A stretch of DNA of 64,000 nt, taken from NCBI RefSeq assembly GCF_009914755.1, contig NC_060936.1. The stretch is one strand, 5' to 3'. Shown here piece by piece: positions 13,606 through 27,269 of this stretch (position 1 is the first letter of the stretch; every line of letters begins with the position of its first letter). The notes beneath the pieces are model-generated. The model was not told the DNA's origin, ran no database searches, and saw only the letters and a program-made list of their open reading frames with translations. The translations under genes and the position numbers were made by a program. This DNA is from the human T2T-CHM13v2.0 reference genome, Homo sapiens.

Positions 13606-14154
13606 TGTGATGGGTAATACAAAGTGTCAACTTGATTGGATTGAAGGATGCAAAGTATTTATCTTGGATGTGTCTGTGAGGGTGTTGCCGAAGGAGATTA
13701 ACATTTGAGTCAGTGGGTTAGGAAAGGCAGACCCACCCTTAATCTGGGTGACCACCATTGAATCAGCTGGCAGCTCAGCTAGAATATGAAGCAGGCAGAA
13801 AAATGTGAGAAGACTAGGCTGACTAGGCTGACCTAGCCTCCCAGCTTACATCTTTCTCCCATGCTGGATGCTTCCTGCCCTCAAACATTGGACTCCAAGT
13901 TTTACAGTTTGGGGGCTCAGACTGGCTCTCCTTGCTCCTCAGCTTCCAGATGTCCTGTTTTGGAACCTTGTGATCATGTGAGTTAATAAACTCCTCAGCT
14001 TGCAGATCCCCTATTGTGGAACCTTGTGATCATGTGAGATAATACATAATAAACTCCCCATCCCTCTCTCTATATAGATATAAATATATCTATACAGCAG
14101 ATCTATATAGGGATAAATATATCTATATCTATCTCCACATATACAGAGCTGTAT

Positions 14155-14209
<55 letters not shown>

Positions 14210-14215
14210 CCTATT
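13606..14215 (+). mobile_element. MLT2A (HERV-L) LTR, 3'-truncated, with internal 56-bp duplication
   Basis: Starts tgtgatgggtaata...gtgtcaacttgattggattgaaggatgcaaagtatt; stops at tatcctatt without the terminal ~30 bp. Confidence 0.92.
14159..14207. repeat. (TG)24 microsatellite
   Basis: Perfect TG run inside the MLT2A low-complexity region. Confidence 0.97.
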
Positions 14216-14224
14216 TTATATTTT

Positions 14225-15533
14225 AAGGGACTAGTACTGGGACCCTTGCTTAGTTCTCTGTTCCCTTTATGTTATGTACCTGCTGTACTGGCAGTACTGA
14301 AGTGTTTCCAGTCTACTTACCACAACACTTCAGTGGTGCGTGTTGGCCAAAGTGCTTCGTTGGCACAGTGGCAGTGACATCTATGCTTGCTCATATGTGC
14401 CAGCAGCCATGGTGTGGTGGGGTGCATGCCAGTTGCCATGGTCAGTGCACCGGCAGGAGCAAGTCAGTGGTGTTCCTGTGAGTACTTGTACTGCCCCTGC
14501 CACCAGCATGGAGGGGACAGGGCACTGGTGGGGATGAGGTTGCTGGAGTCTATTCAAGCATTTGTGCTGTCTCTGGCAGTGGTGGAGCAGGATGCCCACA
14601 TGTCAGCTGGGGTAGGATAACGGTGTGTGCTCATGCTGGTAGTGGTGAGGTGGTGAGGTGCATGTGCACATGCACATCAGTGGGGAAGGAGAGGTGAGGT
14701 TCACTTGTGCACACAAATAGACAAATTGGTGGGAGATGCATGGGGGAAGACATGCTAGCAGAGTGGCAGGGGATGGCTACAGTGGGGCAAGGCTGTAGGT
14801 GAGCTGGTGTGTATCAGTGGAGACCAGTCTCCTTGAGCTCTGTGACAGGCACAATCTGCTGTCCAAGGAGCTATGATGATGTTTTCCCCAGGAAAACATC
14901 CTGGTTGGGCATCCAAGGCTGCACTACATCAGGTATTTCCAGGCTGGGATCCTAAGAGAGGTCAGCAGACAGGATGGTGCTCAGAAGAGACTTGCCCCAT
15001 CCCATGAGAACAAATGCTCTGTTCTATCCAGATCTGACCATCACTCAGAGGCTAAAGCCTCCTTTAGCCTTCTCTACAAAGATCATGGCAAACCTTGGGG
15101 AATGAGTGTCCCTGGCCATGCCCCACTGCAAGTGTTCCCATGCCAAACTTTTTAGGCTCCATACAGGTTGGAGTCCTGCCCCTGCTATTGTTCTAAGCAG
15201 CTCTCCCTGCCAGCTCTAGTGTCTGTGGAAGTCTTGGGGTCTCCTGCGCTAGAATTCCAGAGATTCATTATGAGATTAAGGAACTCCTCACCTGTTCAAT
15301 ATGTCCTTTTCCCAGAAGTTGCTGGAGGCCATGAACAATTGCTGGGGTTCAGCAGCCCTGTACAGGTTTCCCAGTTTCCTCCTCCTTCAGCCCAGTGTCT
15401 GCATTCTCCCTCTGTTCACTCTTATTGTAGTCTCTCTGAAGATCTACTTGGAGTTTGCTAGTGTTTCTGATGTCCCTGTCTCTAGCTGGGAGTGTTTCTC
15501 CTGGCTGTGTCTAGTCAGCCATCTTGGCTCCCA
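14225..15533 (-). mobile_element. Second LINE-1 5' UTR (L1P4/L1PB-type)
   Basis: GT-rich degenerate UTR ending ctagtcagccatcttggctccc (sense ...ccaagatggctgactag). Confidence 0.75.
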
Positions 15534-15599
15534 TCTTAGTAGCAGTTTAAAAACTTCTGCATGATGACTTTTCTACTTATCTTTATGTTTTGTGTTTTC

Positions 15600-16940
15600 T
15601 TAAAATTTTTTATTATGGAAAGTTTCAAACATAGACAAAAATAGAGATAAAACTATAAAGAACCTTCACATACCAATCACTCAGTATCAACAATAATCAG
15701 CATGGCCAAGCTCATTGATTTTCCCAAACCTAATTCCTCCACCCACTACCCAACCTTACCCAATACTAGTCAACTTTCACTCAGTACAATCTCACCCCCA
15801 CAACATTACTTTGAAACAAATGACAGGCTTTACATCATATTTTCATAAATACTTTAATGTTTCTTCCAAACTTTAAGACTCTAAAAATTGTCTACAATAC
15901 CTTTATCCCACCTAAAATTAATAAACAATTCTGTAATATCTAGTTAATTTTCATTTTTTTGATATTATTTTGGTCTTCCTTGTTGGTCAATATTTTGTCT
16001 TTTTTCTCTTTTTCTCTATTTCTCTCTCATTGTTTGAATCAAGATCATTTCAATAAGGAGCATGCATTGCAAATGGCTTAAACTGCAACCTTGCACCTCT
16101 TTTAATTTTTATTCAGGTTTGTTTTCTTCTAGTTATTTGTTGGATAAACTCTGTTATTTGCTCTGCAAAGGTTCATATCATGAAGGTATTGCTCACTGTA
16201 TACACGTGATATAAAATATTTATCTTTTCTCTGTATTACCTAGAGATATTATAAAAATCCAAAAGCTTAATTAGATTCAGGGTCACTGCTAAATATTTTG
16301 TTTTGTTTGTTTATCTTTTAAAAAATTATTTTTTGAAAGACCTTTAAGGGTAGTTGTATATCCAGCATGAGAAATCCAATTGTTTCTCTTTTTGTGATGG
16401 TAGCTGTCATTGATTCTCATCAATTCCTGGATGTATTAATTCAGTAGGACTTGCAAAATTTTAATACTCTAATAAATATATTCATTTATTCTCTGGAATG
16501 TTTCTATAATGGAAACATCTCCTCATCTACTACTTGGTTACACAGAGGACAGTTATAGAAAAAAGGCAAAGTCAATGCTAGCTTATTTTTTTTTTACTTA
16601 CTTTTTTCAAAACGGTGAATTATTTATCTACTATCTTTGATATGGAAACCAATTTGAGTTTTTCTTTTTGAATATCATTAATAAAGTTAGGACATATTTG
16701 ATATGCTTGAGTCCATTGCAGTTATCTTTATGGTGTCAAATTTTCCAAATTTTGATCGTGGGGCTGTGTACTTTGTCTTTGGTAGCTTGTTAGTGGGAAA
16801 AGGCTCATCTTATACATCTTCTGCTTTAGATCTAAAAGTCCTGTTTTGTTTTAAGAGAATACAGTACTTTCAGAGATGGTGGGGCTAACTCATTGTTTTT
16901 AGGACTTTTTGATAAACAGAATAGATTTTTTAAGATAAAT
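15600..16940 (-). mobile_element. L1MC4-like 3' end, antisense; a short continuation lies at ~22330-22374
   Basis: ttttattatggaaagtttcaaacatagacaaaaatagaga...; ctcctcatctactacttggttacacagaggacag. Confidence 0.65.
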
Positions 16941-16949
16941 TAGTTCCTT

Positions 16950-19900
16950 GGAGGTTGATGTCAGCAAGATGGTGGGATAGTTTGCTACCCACTTGAATTC
17001 TCTCCAAACAACAAGATTCTGCACCAACCCATGGAAAAAAGTCTCTTTGTGGGAGTCTTAAGTTTCAGGTAGGAGGCTGTATAACCCCAGTGGAGTCCAA
17101 GATGTAGGATGGTGGTTATGAGCATGCAGACTCACACCCAGCTGACAGATCTGCTGATTGTGCTACATGTATCAGATCTAGAAGTGCTTCTGTTCCCCAA
17201 ATGGCTTGGCTACAGGCCCATTAAGTTTTGAGCGTACTACCAAAACTATCTGCCAAGGGGTCCAGCAGGAATCAGGCACACTGGTGCCCCAGCAGACAGG
17301 CTTCTCTGACCACCCATATTGTTCTTGGCAGTGGACCCAAAAGTTATCCTGTAATTCAGCTCCAGTCCTACTCAGCTGTGGTCTCAGTGCAGTATTGCTT
17401 GCAAAAGGACTCAAATGAGACTCACCCATCTGCACCTCTGTGACACTGAGACAGTCTAACCAGCCTGTGTCCCACAGCAGATGCTAAAGGGGCCTTGTCT
17501 TGGCTCCAGCCCCTCTCTGCCACAGACAGGGAGCTATTCCACCTGTGCTACGGTAGTGCTTAAAGAGGCACCTGTCTGAGCCACAAGGACAGGCATGCCA
17601 GTTTTCATGTCTTCTTTAAGCAGATCTTAAAGGAGCTCAGTATCAGCTCTAGGCAAACTCACTATAGTCGGGGGACAGGGATCCCTTGGGAGACTGGCCC
17701 ATCTGAACCATCAGGACAGGCTTGCTGACCTTCATTTCACAGAAGATCTTGATGAGGCCCTTTCTTGGCTTCAGTACCTTTCTGCCACAGCCCAAGAGTT
17801 ACCCTGCCCACACAGAACTGCTGAGGACTAGTTCCTCTCAGCCATCAGGACAGGCATGCTGGACTTCTTACTCTAGTATATCCTGAAGGGTCCCTCTCCT
17901 AACTCCAGCTTCTCTTGGCTGCTGCCAAGATGTTGTCCCACATGTACATAAAACGTCTCGGAGTTTACCCTAATCAGTACTACTGTGATAGACATGCCAG
18001 CTTCTATTCCACAGCAGGTTCTAAAGGGGCCCTGAAGCTCCACTCCATCACCTCTGTAATACAGGCTGAAAGTAATCCAGATTGCACACACACACACACA
18101 AAAACTGTTGGGAGGTGCACTCATCTGTGCCAACTGAACAGGCAGCCAGTTTCCATCCCATAGCCAATTTTGAAGGAGTCCTGTCTCAGTTCCAACTCCT
18201 CTCTGCCCTGGGGTTATCTCATCTATGTAAAATATTCCTAGAAGACCTATATGGACACACTTGCTGGCATCTATTCCACAGCAGTTACATAAAGGGCCCT
18301 GAATCTGAGCTCCAGCCTCTCCTGGCTGCCATCTGTGAGCAATCTTTCCGACATAGGAAAGTGTTGGGAGAACATAGGGAAGAACTGGTGCCACCAGGTT
18401 GGACTTATCAATATCAGCCCCACAGCAGAGCCCTGAAGCTCAGCTTTAGCCCCTTCCAGCTGTAGTATTTGAGTGGTTTTGCCTAGCTGTTGTACTGGTA
18501 GACATATGCATCTGAATCCCTGTGGCAGGTTTGCCAGCCTCTGTCCCTCAGCATATCCTCAAATAGCCCTAGGTCTTGGTCTGGCTCCTCTCATCAGTAG
18601 ACTAAGAGTAGGTGAGCCTTTCTGAGGACCTGGAGAGAGGCATGTACAGCAGCACTCCTGCAGGCTGATGCCCTCACTTCAAAGCCACGTTGATCTTGAC
18701 ACATCCTTACAAATTTGCTCCTGTTCCTTTCAACTACAGAATGAGAGCAGGCCTGCCAACTCAGGAACCCACCATAAAGAAACATCTATTCGTGAATCCA
18801 AAGACAGGCTTAAAGATTTTTGTCTTGGCTATGGACCTGAAACAACCCCATGTCTCAGTTTCAGCCCATCTCAGCCATGGACTGGGGTAAAATTGTCAGC
18901 CCAGGAACTCATCCAGTGATTCAATAGGAACCATTCCAGACATTTGAAAGAAATCACACTCATAAGCACACTTGGCAACCAGACTGTGATCTGTAAACAC
19001 TGAAGTGTATTCTCATCCCAGTGCCAACCCCACAGACCAAAGTTCTGGAGACGGTCAAGTCCACCCAGGAAACAGATAACACACATGCCTACTAGAGTCC
19101 CTGGGAATAGGCCCACCAACTGTGGTCTCTCCCATGAACCCAGCATCAGCTATGTGACCCGTATCAAATACCACTCAACTGCAACCCCATAGACAATTTC
19201 ATCAGCCCAGATTATGTAACAGAAAAATAATTTCACTTGCCAAAATCAGTCTGTAAGACTCAAAGATTGGTTTACTCCTTCAAATGCACAGACACCAATA
19301 CAAAACTAAATGACTAACAAAGAATGAGGGTGCTGCAGGAGGACCGCTTGAGCCCAGGAGTCTAAGGCTGCAATGGATTATGATTGTACCACTGCACTCC
19401 AGCCTGAGTGACAGAGGGAGACTTTGTCTCAAAAAAAGAAAAGAAATTAAGCAAACATGACATTATCAAGGAAAACACATAAAGTTCAATAATCAATACG
19501 CAAAAGAATGGAGCTATAATAATTGCCTAAAAAAGAATTCAAAATAATAATCTTAAAGAAGCTCAATAAGATGCAAGAGCATACAGATAGACATCTACAT
19601 GAAATTAGGAAAACCACATATAAATAAAATAAAAAGTTATCTAAAGAAATAGAAAACATGAAAAAGAACCTAACAGACATCTTGGAGCTGAAGAATACAA
19701 TGACAGAACTGAAAAAAATCAATAGAGAATTTCAACAACAGACTTGATTAGACAGAAGACAGAATTAGTAAGCTTGAAGACAAGTCATTTTAAATTAGCC
19801 AATTAGAGAAAAAAAAAGACAAAAAAAATTGAAAAAGATTGAAGAAACCAGAAGGGATATGTGAGACACCATCAAACCTAGAAGTATACAAATTATTGGA

Positions 19901-22325
19901 GTACCCAAAAGAGAAGTGAAGACAAAGGAAAAGAAAGTCTATTTAAAGAAATACTGTCTAAAAGCTTTCCAAGCCTTTGGAGAGATATGGACATACAAAT
20001 GGAGAAAAAGCATTTGACAAAATTCAACATTTTTTCATTTAAAAAAACTCTCAAAATATTGGGCATAGAAAGATTGTACCTCAATACACTAATGCCATAT
20101 ATGATAAGCCCACAGGTAACATCATGCTCAGTGCTGAAAAGTCAAAATCTCCTATTCTAAAGGTAGCAACAAGCTAAAGATGCTCACTCTCATCACTTCT
20201 ATTCAGCATAGTACTAAAAGTTCTAGCCAAAGCAATTGGACAAATTAATAATAATAATAACATCCAAATAAAAAGAAAAAAGTAGAATTATCTTTTTGCT
20301 GATGACATTTTTTTTATATATATATGTGTATGTATGTATGTATATACTAAATACTCCACCAACAACTATTAAAATTGTTAAATCGATAAGTGTTCAGAGT
20401 ACATCAACATGAAAATTAGTAGTATTTTTTTAAACTAAGAGCAAACTACCTGAAAAGAAATTAAGTCAATTTTATTCATAATCACATAAAAAATACTTAG
20501 GATTATATTTAACCAAGTAGGGAAATGGTCTGTATACTGAAAACTATAATATTGATGAAAGAAATTGTATGTGTAACAATAGATGGAAAAGCATCCTATT
20601 TTCATAGGTTGTAAGAATTTATTTTTTAAAATGACCATACTACTCAAATATGTAGATCACATATTCAGCACAATCTGTCAAAATTCCAATGTCATTTTAA
20701 ATGGAAATAGAAAAAAAATTCTAAATTTTATGTGTATCTACAAAACATCTCAAATAGCCAAAGCAATCATGATCAAAAAGAACAAAGCTGGAGACAACAC
20801 ACTATCTAATTTCAGAATCTCCCACAAAGCTATAGTAATTACAGCAGCATGGTACTGCATTTGTGGTCAGTTAAGCCTGTGCATTTATGATCAATTAATT
20901 TTTGACAAAGATGCCAAGAACGTTCAATGGGAAAAGAGGAATCCCTTTAATAAATTGTGTTGGGAAAACTGAACATCCACAAGAATAAAACTGGAAATGT
21001 ATCTTATACCATATACAAAAATCAACTTAACCTGGATTAAAGACTTTAATGTTAGAACTGGAGCTGTAAAATTACTGGAATAAAACATAGGAGAAATGCT
21101 CCACAACTTTGTTCTAGACAAAGATTTCTTGGCTATGACTTCAAAAGCACAGGCAACAAAAGCAAAAATAAACAAGTAGAATGCATCGAACTCAAAAAGC
21201 TTTTGTATAGGAAAGGAAACAATTAATTGAGTGAAGAGACAACCCATGGATTGTGAGAAAATATTTGCAACCATAACCATGGTATTTAGATATTAAGGGG
21301 TTAATATCCAAAATGTATAAGTAATTCAAACAACTAAATAGCTTGAAACAAACAACCTAATCAAAAAATGTGCAAAGGATCTAGATACTTCTCAAAGACA
21401 TACAAGGTATATGGAAAAAAAGGTCATCATCACTAATCATCAGGGAAATAAAAAATTAAAATCACAATAAGATATTACCTCATGGTGTTAGAATGGCAAT
21501 TATCAAAAGGATAAAAGTTAACAAGTTTTGGTTGAGTGATGAAAAAGAAACCCTTGCACACTGTTGGTAGAAATGCAAATTAATACAGTTATTTTGTTAA
21601 ACAGTATGAAGTTTCCTCAGAAAACTAAAAATAGAATTACTGTATGATTCAGTAATACTACTACTGAGTATATATCCAAAAGTACTGAAAACTGTAGGCA
21701 AAAGAGATATCTGCACGCTCATTTTCTTTGCAGCATTATTCACAATAGCTAAGACATGGAAGCAACCTAGGTGTCCATCATCAGTTGAATGGATAAAGAA
21801 AATGTGGTATACATACACAGTGGAATTCTAGTCAGCCTTACAAAGAGGGGAAGGAATCCTGCCATTTGAGACAACATGAATGAACCTGGAGAATGTTATG
21901 CTAAGTGAAATAAGCTAGGCACAGAAAGACAAATGCTTCATAATCTCAACTATATACCAAGTCTAAAAAAGTTGAACTCACAGAAGTAGGGAGTTGGTTA
22001 CCAAAGCCTGGGAGAGGTGTGTGGTTAGGGAGAAGAGAGATATTGATCAAAGGGTACATATTTCAGTTAGACAGGAGGAGAAAGCTTTATTTATCTGTTT
22101 CACAGAATGGTCGATATAATAAAAAATGCATTGTATATTTCAAAATTGTCAAGAGAGTAAATTTTAAATGTTTTTCCTACAAAAAAATGGTAAGTATATG
22201 AGGCGATGGATTTGTGAATTAACCTGACTTAATCATTCCACATTGTAAACATATATCAACACATCACATTGTATTGTATAAACATATAAAAGTATTAATT
22301 AATAAAACTAAAAATAATATTTAAA
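16950..22325 (+). mobile_element. L1MA6-8-like LINE-1 with both ends, monomeric 5' UTR and large ORF1/ORF2 internal deletion
   Basis: 5' gatgtcagcaagatggtgggatag; ORF1 remnants ~19300-20000; jump to GEKAFDKIQH at 20001; L1MA-type 3' end ttaatcattccacattgtaaacatatatcaacacatcacattgta. Confidence 0.9.
19335..19442 (+). mobile_element. AluJ right-arm/FRAM fragment
   Basis: gcttgagcccaggagtctaaggctgca...ccactgcactccagcctgagtgacagag...tctcaaaaaa. Confidence 0.88.
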
Positions 22326-22374
22326 ATATAATTTCTGGATTTATAAGAACATTTCTGAGTCTAATTTAGGACTA

Positions 22375-22558
22375 CAGTTAGCCCTTTGTATCTTTGGGTT
22401 CTACATCTGCAGATTTAACCAACTATGGATTGAAAATATTTGAAAGTTAATACAAAAAATAACAAATAACAATAAAAAATCATACAAACAAAGAACCAAT
22501 ACAGCATAACAATTATTTGCATAACATTTACATTGTATTAAGTATTATAAAAAATCTA
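22375..22558 (-). mobile_element. MER2/Tigger3-family DNA transposon, partial
   Basis: cagttagccctttgtatctttgggttctacatctgcagatttaaccaac...acatttacattgtattaagtattataa. Confidence 0.8.
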
Positions 22559-25013
22559 TTGTTGGGCATGACAAAGTGACAAGAAGCTAAATGATATAGT
22601 GGTCGATTTTGTGCTAACTGTTAGAATGTACTGACCCAGAATTTGTTGAAATCAGTTTACTCATAATTTCACCCATAAAAACTGATGTCTGCATCTACAC
22701 ATGATACATACTGTTTTTCCTTCTGGCAGTACTTTAAATATAGTGGTTTGAACTGATTGAAATCTTAAATTATAATTTTTCTGACACTCACTAGAGCTTT
22801 CTGTATTACTCAATTCTGCTAGTTGAATTAAATATTACATAAGACCATATGTTGTTTTCCTAAATTGTTTATTCCAGCCAGACTGGCATCACTGTCCTTA
22901 AACACTGTACTCTTTTATTTGTAATTCCAAGCTATGGAATATACTTCACTACTGAGAAAATGTTTCCCATCCTAGTTCTAACTGCTGCCCTCTGTATCAT
23001 CTTTTATTGGGAATTTGTCAAGAGTCAGGGATTGGGCTGAGTGCCAGAAACTTAGTAAGTCAGGCATATTTGTTGCTTTAGAAAAAGTTAACAATGTGAA
23101 AAGTAAGAGATACAACCAAATTCAATATGATTTGGTAACTGTTATGACAGACATATGTTAAAGAAGCACTATGAAAGACTATAGGTTTTACAATGATAAT
23201 GTTTGGTACAGGAGGTGATAATGTTTGGTTTCAAATAATGAACATAAATTTACTGAAATATTAAATAAACAGGGTAAGGTAGAACAAAAGAAGAGCATGG
23301 CATAATAATAGAATGTTAAGTTTTTCAGTTCCAGCATGAAAGAACTAAATTAAAAACTTTAGGTTGAAATCTCAGTTTTATTTTATGGCTGCTTTTATTT
23401 GGATATATATATATAGCAATACGAACATTTTCAAAGACCAAAAACCACTGGTCTATATTCTAGTTTTCAAATCTGAAAAGTGAAGAAAATATTACTACAA
23501 CAGAGTTGGTCTTGTGCTTGACATATGTAGCTCTTAGTCCATATTTCTACCATGCTATTTTTTTGATTTTTAATAATGTATCACTTACTCTTATAATAGT
23601 AATTTGTCCACTTAGTTACGAATTCCTTGAATAGTTATGTCCTATTTTCAGTCTATAGGCAGACTATAGGTAAACTTTTATGTTTATACGTGAAACTAGT
23701 CTAGGTACAAATAAGACAAAGCTCTTGCTGTCAGTTATACGATGTTATATGAAATAGCAGAAATAAACATAAAGGGTATATAGAAGTAACCTGAGGGAAT
23801 AATGTATTCTAATTGAACGTGTAGAAAATGGCTTTAATTTAAAAAAGCACCATAATTGACAGTGAAATATTTGACCTTATAACTTTAGGGATAAGCATCA
23901 AGAATACTAAAACATTAGTTTAAAAATAACCAATAGTAGACATTTTTATATAGACATTTTAATTTACATTACATAAATATATCTTCCTTATAGAATTCTG
24001 GGAAGATGGCTGAGTAGAAAGCCTCAGGAGCCTGTCTCTCTATTTAGAAAAACAATTGTATTAGCAAAATCTGTCTGATGTAATTATTTTGAAACTCTAA
24101 AATCTATTGAAAGTTGTAACTTCCAAGAGAAGATTTGAATAATAAATTGCAGTTAATTTCAGCTCTTGGCTCAATAGAAGCTATCTATCCTCTATCCTCA
24201 GCCCCATGGTAGGCAGAGGAATTGCAGAAGTAGCTTGTACATAGCTTATGGAAGCTAGAGTAGGCAATAAAGACTCTATCCTCCAAATATCTGGGATCTG
24301 TACTCTAATCACTGATTGCTGCTTCTTATTATGGAGGTGCATAAACAGAGGCAGGTAGCCATTGTTGCATGCCCCCGCCCCTGACACACACACTGTTGCA
24401 ACTCGCACGCCCTCTCGCTAAAGCAGCTTCCAGGGGATCTAATAAAGCAGCTTCCATAGGATTTAAATGGCTAGTGCCTTTTTTTTAACCGTCTTCTCTC
24501 TCTCTCTCTCTCTGTTTTGCCCCATTTGTGAGCTAAACATTAAAGACTATGATATTTAAAAGCCACTGCATTTACAGGGGAAGTTAGAAAGCCACTGTGT
24601 ATACCCAGGGAAAGAAACAGGCGCATAAAAAAATCTGAGAGGACCCTAAATTTACACCTCAGAAGTGCCTTTGGCATAGAGAAAGCCTACAACAATGAAA
24701 GCCAAACCGAACCAAAACCATAGGGAAAGGGGAGCATCTAATTTCCAGAGTTACCACGTTATTACATTTAAATTTCCAGTACTGAGGAAAAAAACTTTTA
24801 GGGCATACAAAGAAACAGAAAAGTATCATCTACTCAAGGAAATAAAAATAAACCAAAGGAAACTGTTACTTAGAAAGACCAGAGAGTTCACCTACTAGAC
24901 GAAGACTTTAAAAAAAACTGTCTTCAAGACGCTCAAATAACTAAATGAAAACATGGAGAAAGTCAAGAAAATAATGTATGAACAAAATGGAAATACGAAT
25001 GAAAAGAAAGACA

Positions 25014-25320
<307 letters not shown>

Positions 25321-25799
25321 GAAAGAAAACCTAAAACAAAAATTCTAGAGCTGAAGATACAATAATTGAAATAAAAAATTACTAAAGAAATTGAAATGCA
25401 GATTTAACAAGGCAAAAAAAAATCAGTAAACTTGAAGATATAACAATTGAAATTTTTGCATTAAAAGGAGAAAGATTGAAGAAAGGTAAACAGTCTAATG
25501 AACCTGTGGGACTTAATCAAGTGGACCAACATGACAAGTATGGCAGTCTCAGAATGAGAAGAGAAAGAAAAGGGTAAAGGGCTTATTTGAGGAAATAATG
25601 GCAATAAAACTTCCTAAGTTTAATGAAAGACATAAATATAAACAACCAGGAAACTCAACAAACCTCAAGCAGAATAAACTTAAGCAGACCAGCCCAGAGA
25701 ACATTATAATTAAACTTTTGAAATCCAAGGCAAAGAGAGAATCTTAAAAGCAAAGAAAATAAAAAAGAGAAGTGATTCATCACATTCAAGGGGTCCTTA

Positions 25800-26073
25800 C
25801 TGCAACTAATTAACAATGGTTTTCCTTGGTAATTTTTCACATTGACAGTAGGTTTATTGAGCTGTAACCTCATCATAAGTTAAGGAGCATCTGAACTTAT
25901 GATGGTTTGACTTATAATTTTTTGGCTTTTTAATGGTTTATTAGGGTATTAGTAACCATAATAAACAGTTAGGGTTGCAGTTTTTCCCTTACATTGCAGT
26001 TTTCACTTACAATACTTTTGATTTATAATGGGTTAACCGGATGTAATCCCATCATAAGTTAAGAATAATTTGT
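25800..26073. mobile_element. Two adjacent MER47/Tigger5-family MITE pieces
   Basis: Terminus gtaac/tcccatcataagttaag...atc/ttg occurs at ~25863-25892 and ~26043-26072; left-end motif aacttatgatggtttgacttataattttt. Confidence 0.7.
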
Positions 26074-26916
26074 AATATTATTAGCAAATATTTCATTGAA
26101 AACTTTGAAGGCCAGAAGTCAGTAGGCTGACATGTTCAACAAAAGTACCTTACCCAGCAACTGAAGAAATAAAAATATTAATAAAGGTAAAGACATGGGA
26201 AATAATAAAAGCTAAAATTATCATCACAATGCTTTGTAACCTAACTTTTTGTTTTTTATATGATTTAAAAGACTAGTACATTACTAAGCAATTATTAGTC
26301 TAAAAGCTAGTGGGTTGTAACTTCAATTTATAACTCTACATTTTGTTTTCTACATTATTTAAGAGATGCATGCATTAAAGCCAACTATTAGTTTATGTTT
26401 TGGGACACACAACATACAAATATATAATTTTGTGAAATTAATAGTTGAAAGGAATGAGAAAGGAGTTGAAAGGGACCAGGGTTTTTATTTTATTTGTCAT
26501 TGAAGGAGAACTGGTATGAATTAAAAACAAAATATTATAACTTAATAATGTTAAATGTAATACCCATTGTAACAACCAAGAAAATAGTTACAGAATGCAC
26601 ATGAAAAAAATGAAAAGGAAAATGAGAATATTTCACTGCAAAAAAATTAATTAAACTGAAAATATAGCAATGCAAGAAATGAGGAACAAATAACGCCATA
26701 TAGTATGGAGAAAATAAATAGCAAAATACAAAAATAAGTTTCTCCCTATCAGTAATTACTTTGAATGTAAATGGACTAAACTCTAATCAAAAGATAAAGA
26801 TAGGCAGAATGGATTAAACAAACATGACATAACTGTATGCTATCTACAAGAGACTCACTTTAGATACAAATAGATATATAAATTTTAAAAATGAGAGGAT
26901 AGAAAATAAAATTCCA

Positions 26917-27269
26917 CTATGCAGCCATAAAAAAGGATGAGTTCATGTACTTTGCAGGGACATGGATGAAGTCAGAAACCATCATTCTCAGCAAACTATC
27001 ACAAGAACAGCAAACCAAACACCGCATGTTCTCACTCATAAGTGGGTGCTGAACAATGAGAACACATGGACATAGGGAGGAGAACATCACACACCAGGGT
27101 GTGTTGGGGTATAGGGGGCGAGGGGAGGGATAATATTAGGAGAAATATGTAATGTAGGTGACGGGTTGATGGGTGCAGCAAACCACCATGGCATGTAATT
27201 TCCTATGTAACAAAACTGCACTTTCTGCCCATGTACCCCAGAACTTAATGTATAATAATAAAAAAAAAA
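26917..27269 (+). mobile_element. L1PA7/8 3' end, 5'-truncated, 15-bp TSD
   Basis: gcagccataaaaaaggatgagttcatg...cagaacttaatgtataataataaaa; TSD gaaaa(t/g)aaaattcca at 26902-26916 and 27270-27284. Confidence 0.93.

Noticed and set aside
17873-18465. 173-aa and 127-aa ORFs
   Set aside because: Lie in the L1 5' UTR monomer array; no recognisable protein motif
17300-18900. CRISPR-like repeat-spacer appearance
   Set aside because: Primate DNA; whole units are homologous and diverged, with no unique spacers or cas genes
23194-23229. 14-bp direct repeat tgataatgtttggt
   Set aside because: Trivial slippage duplication
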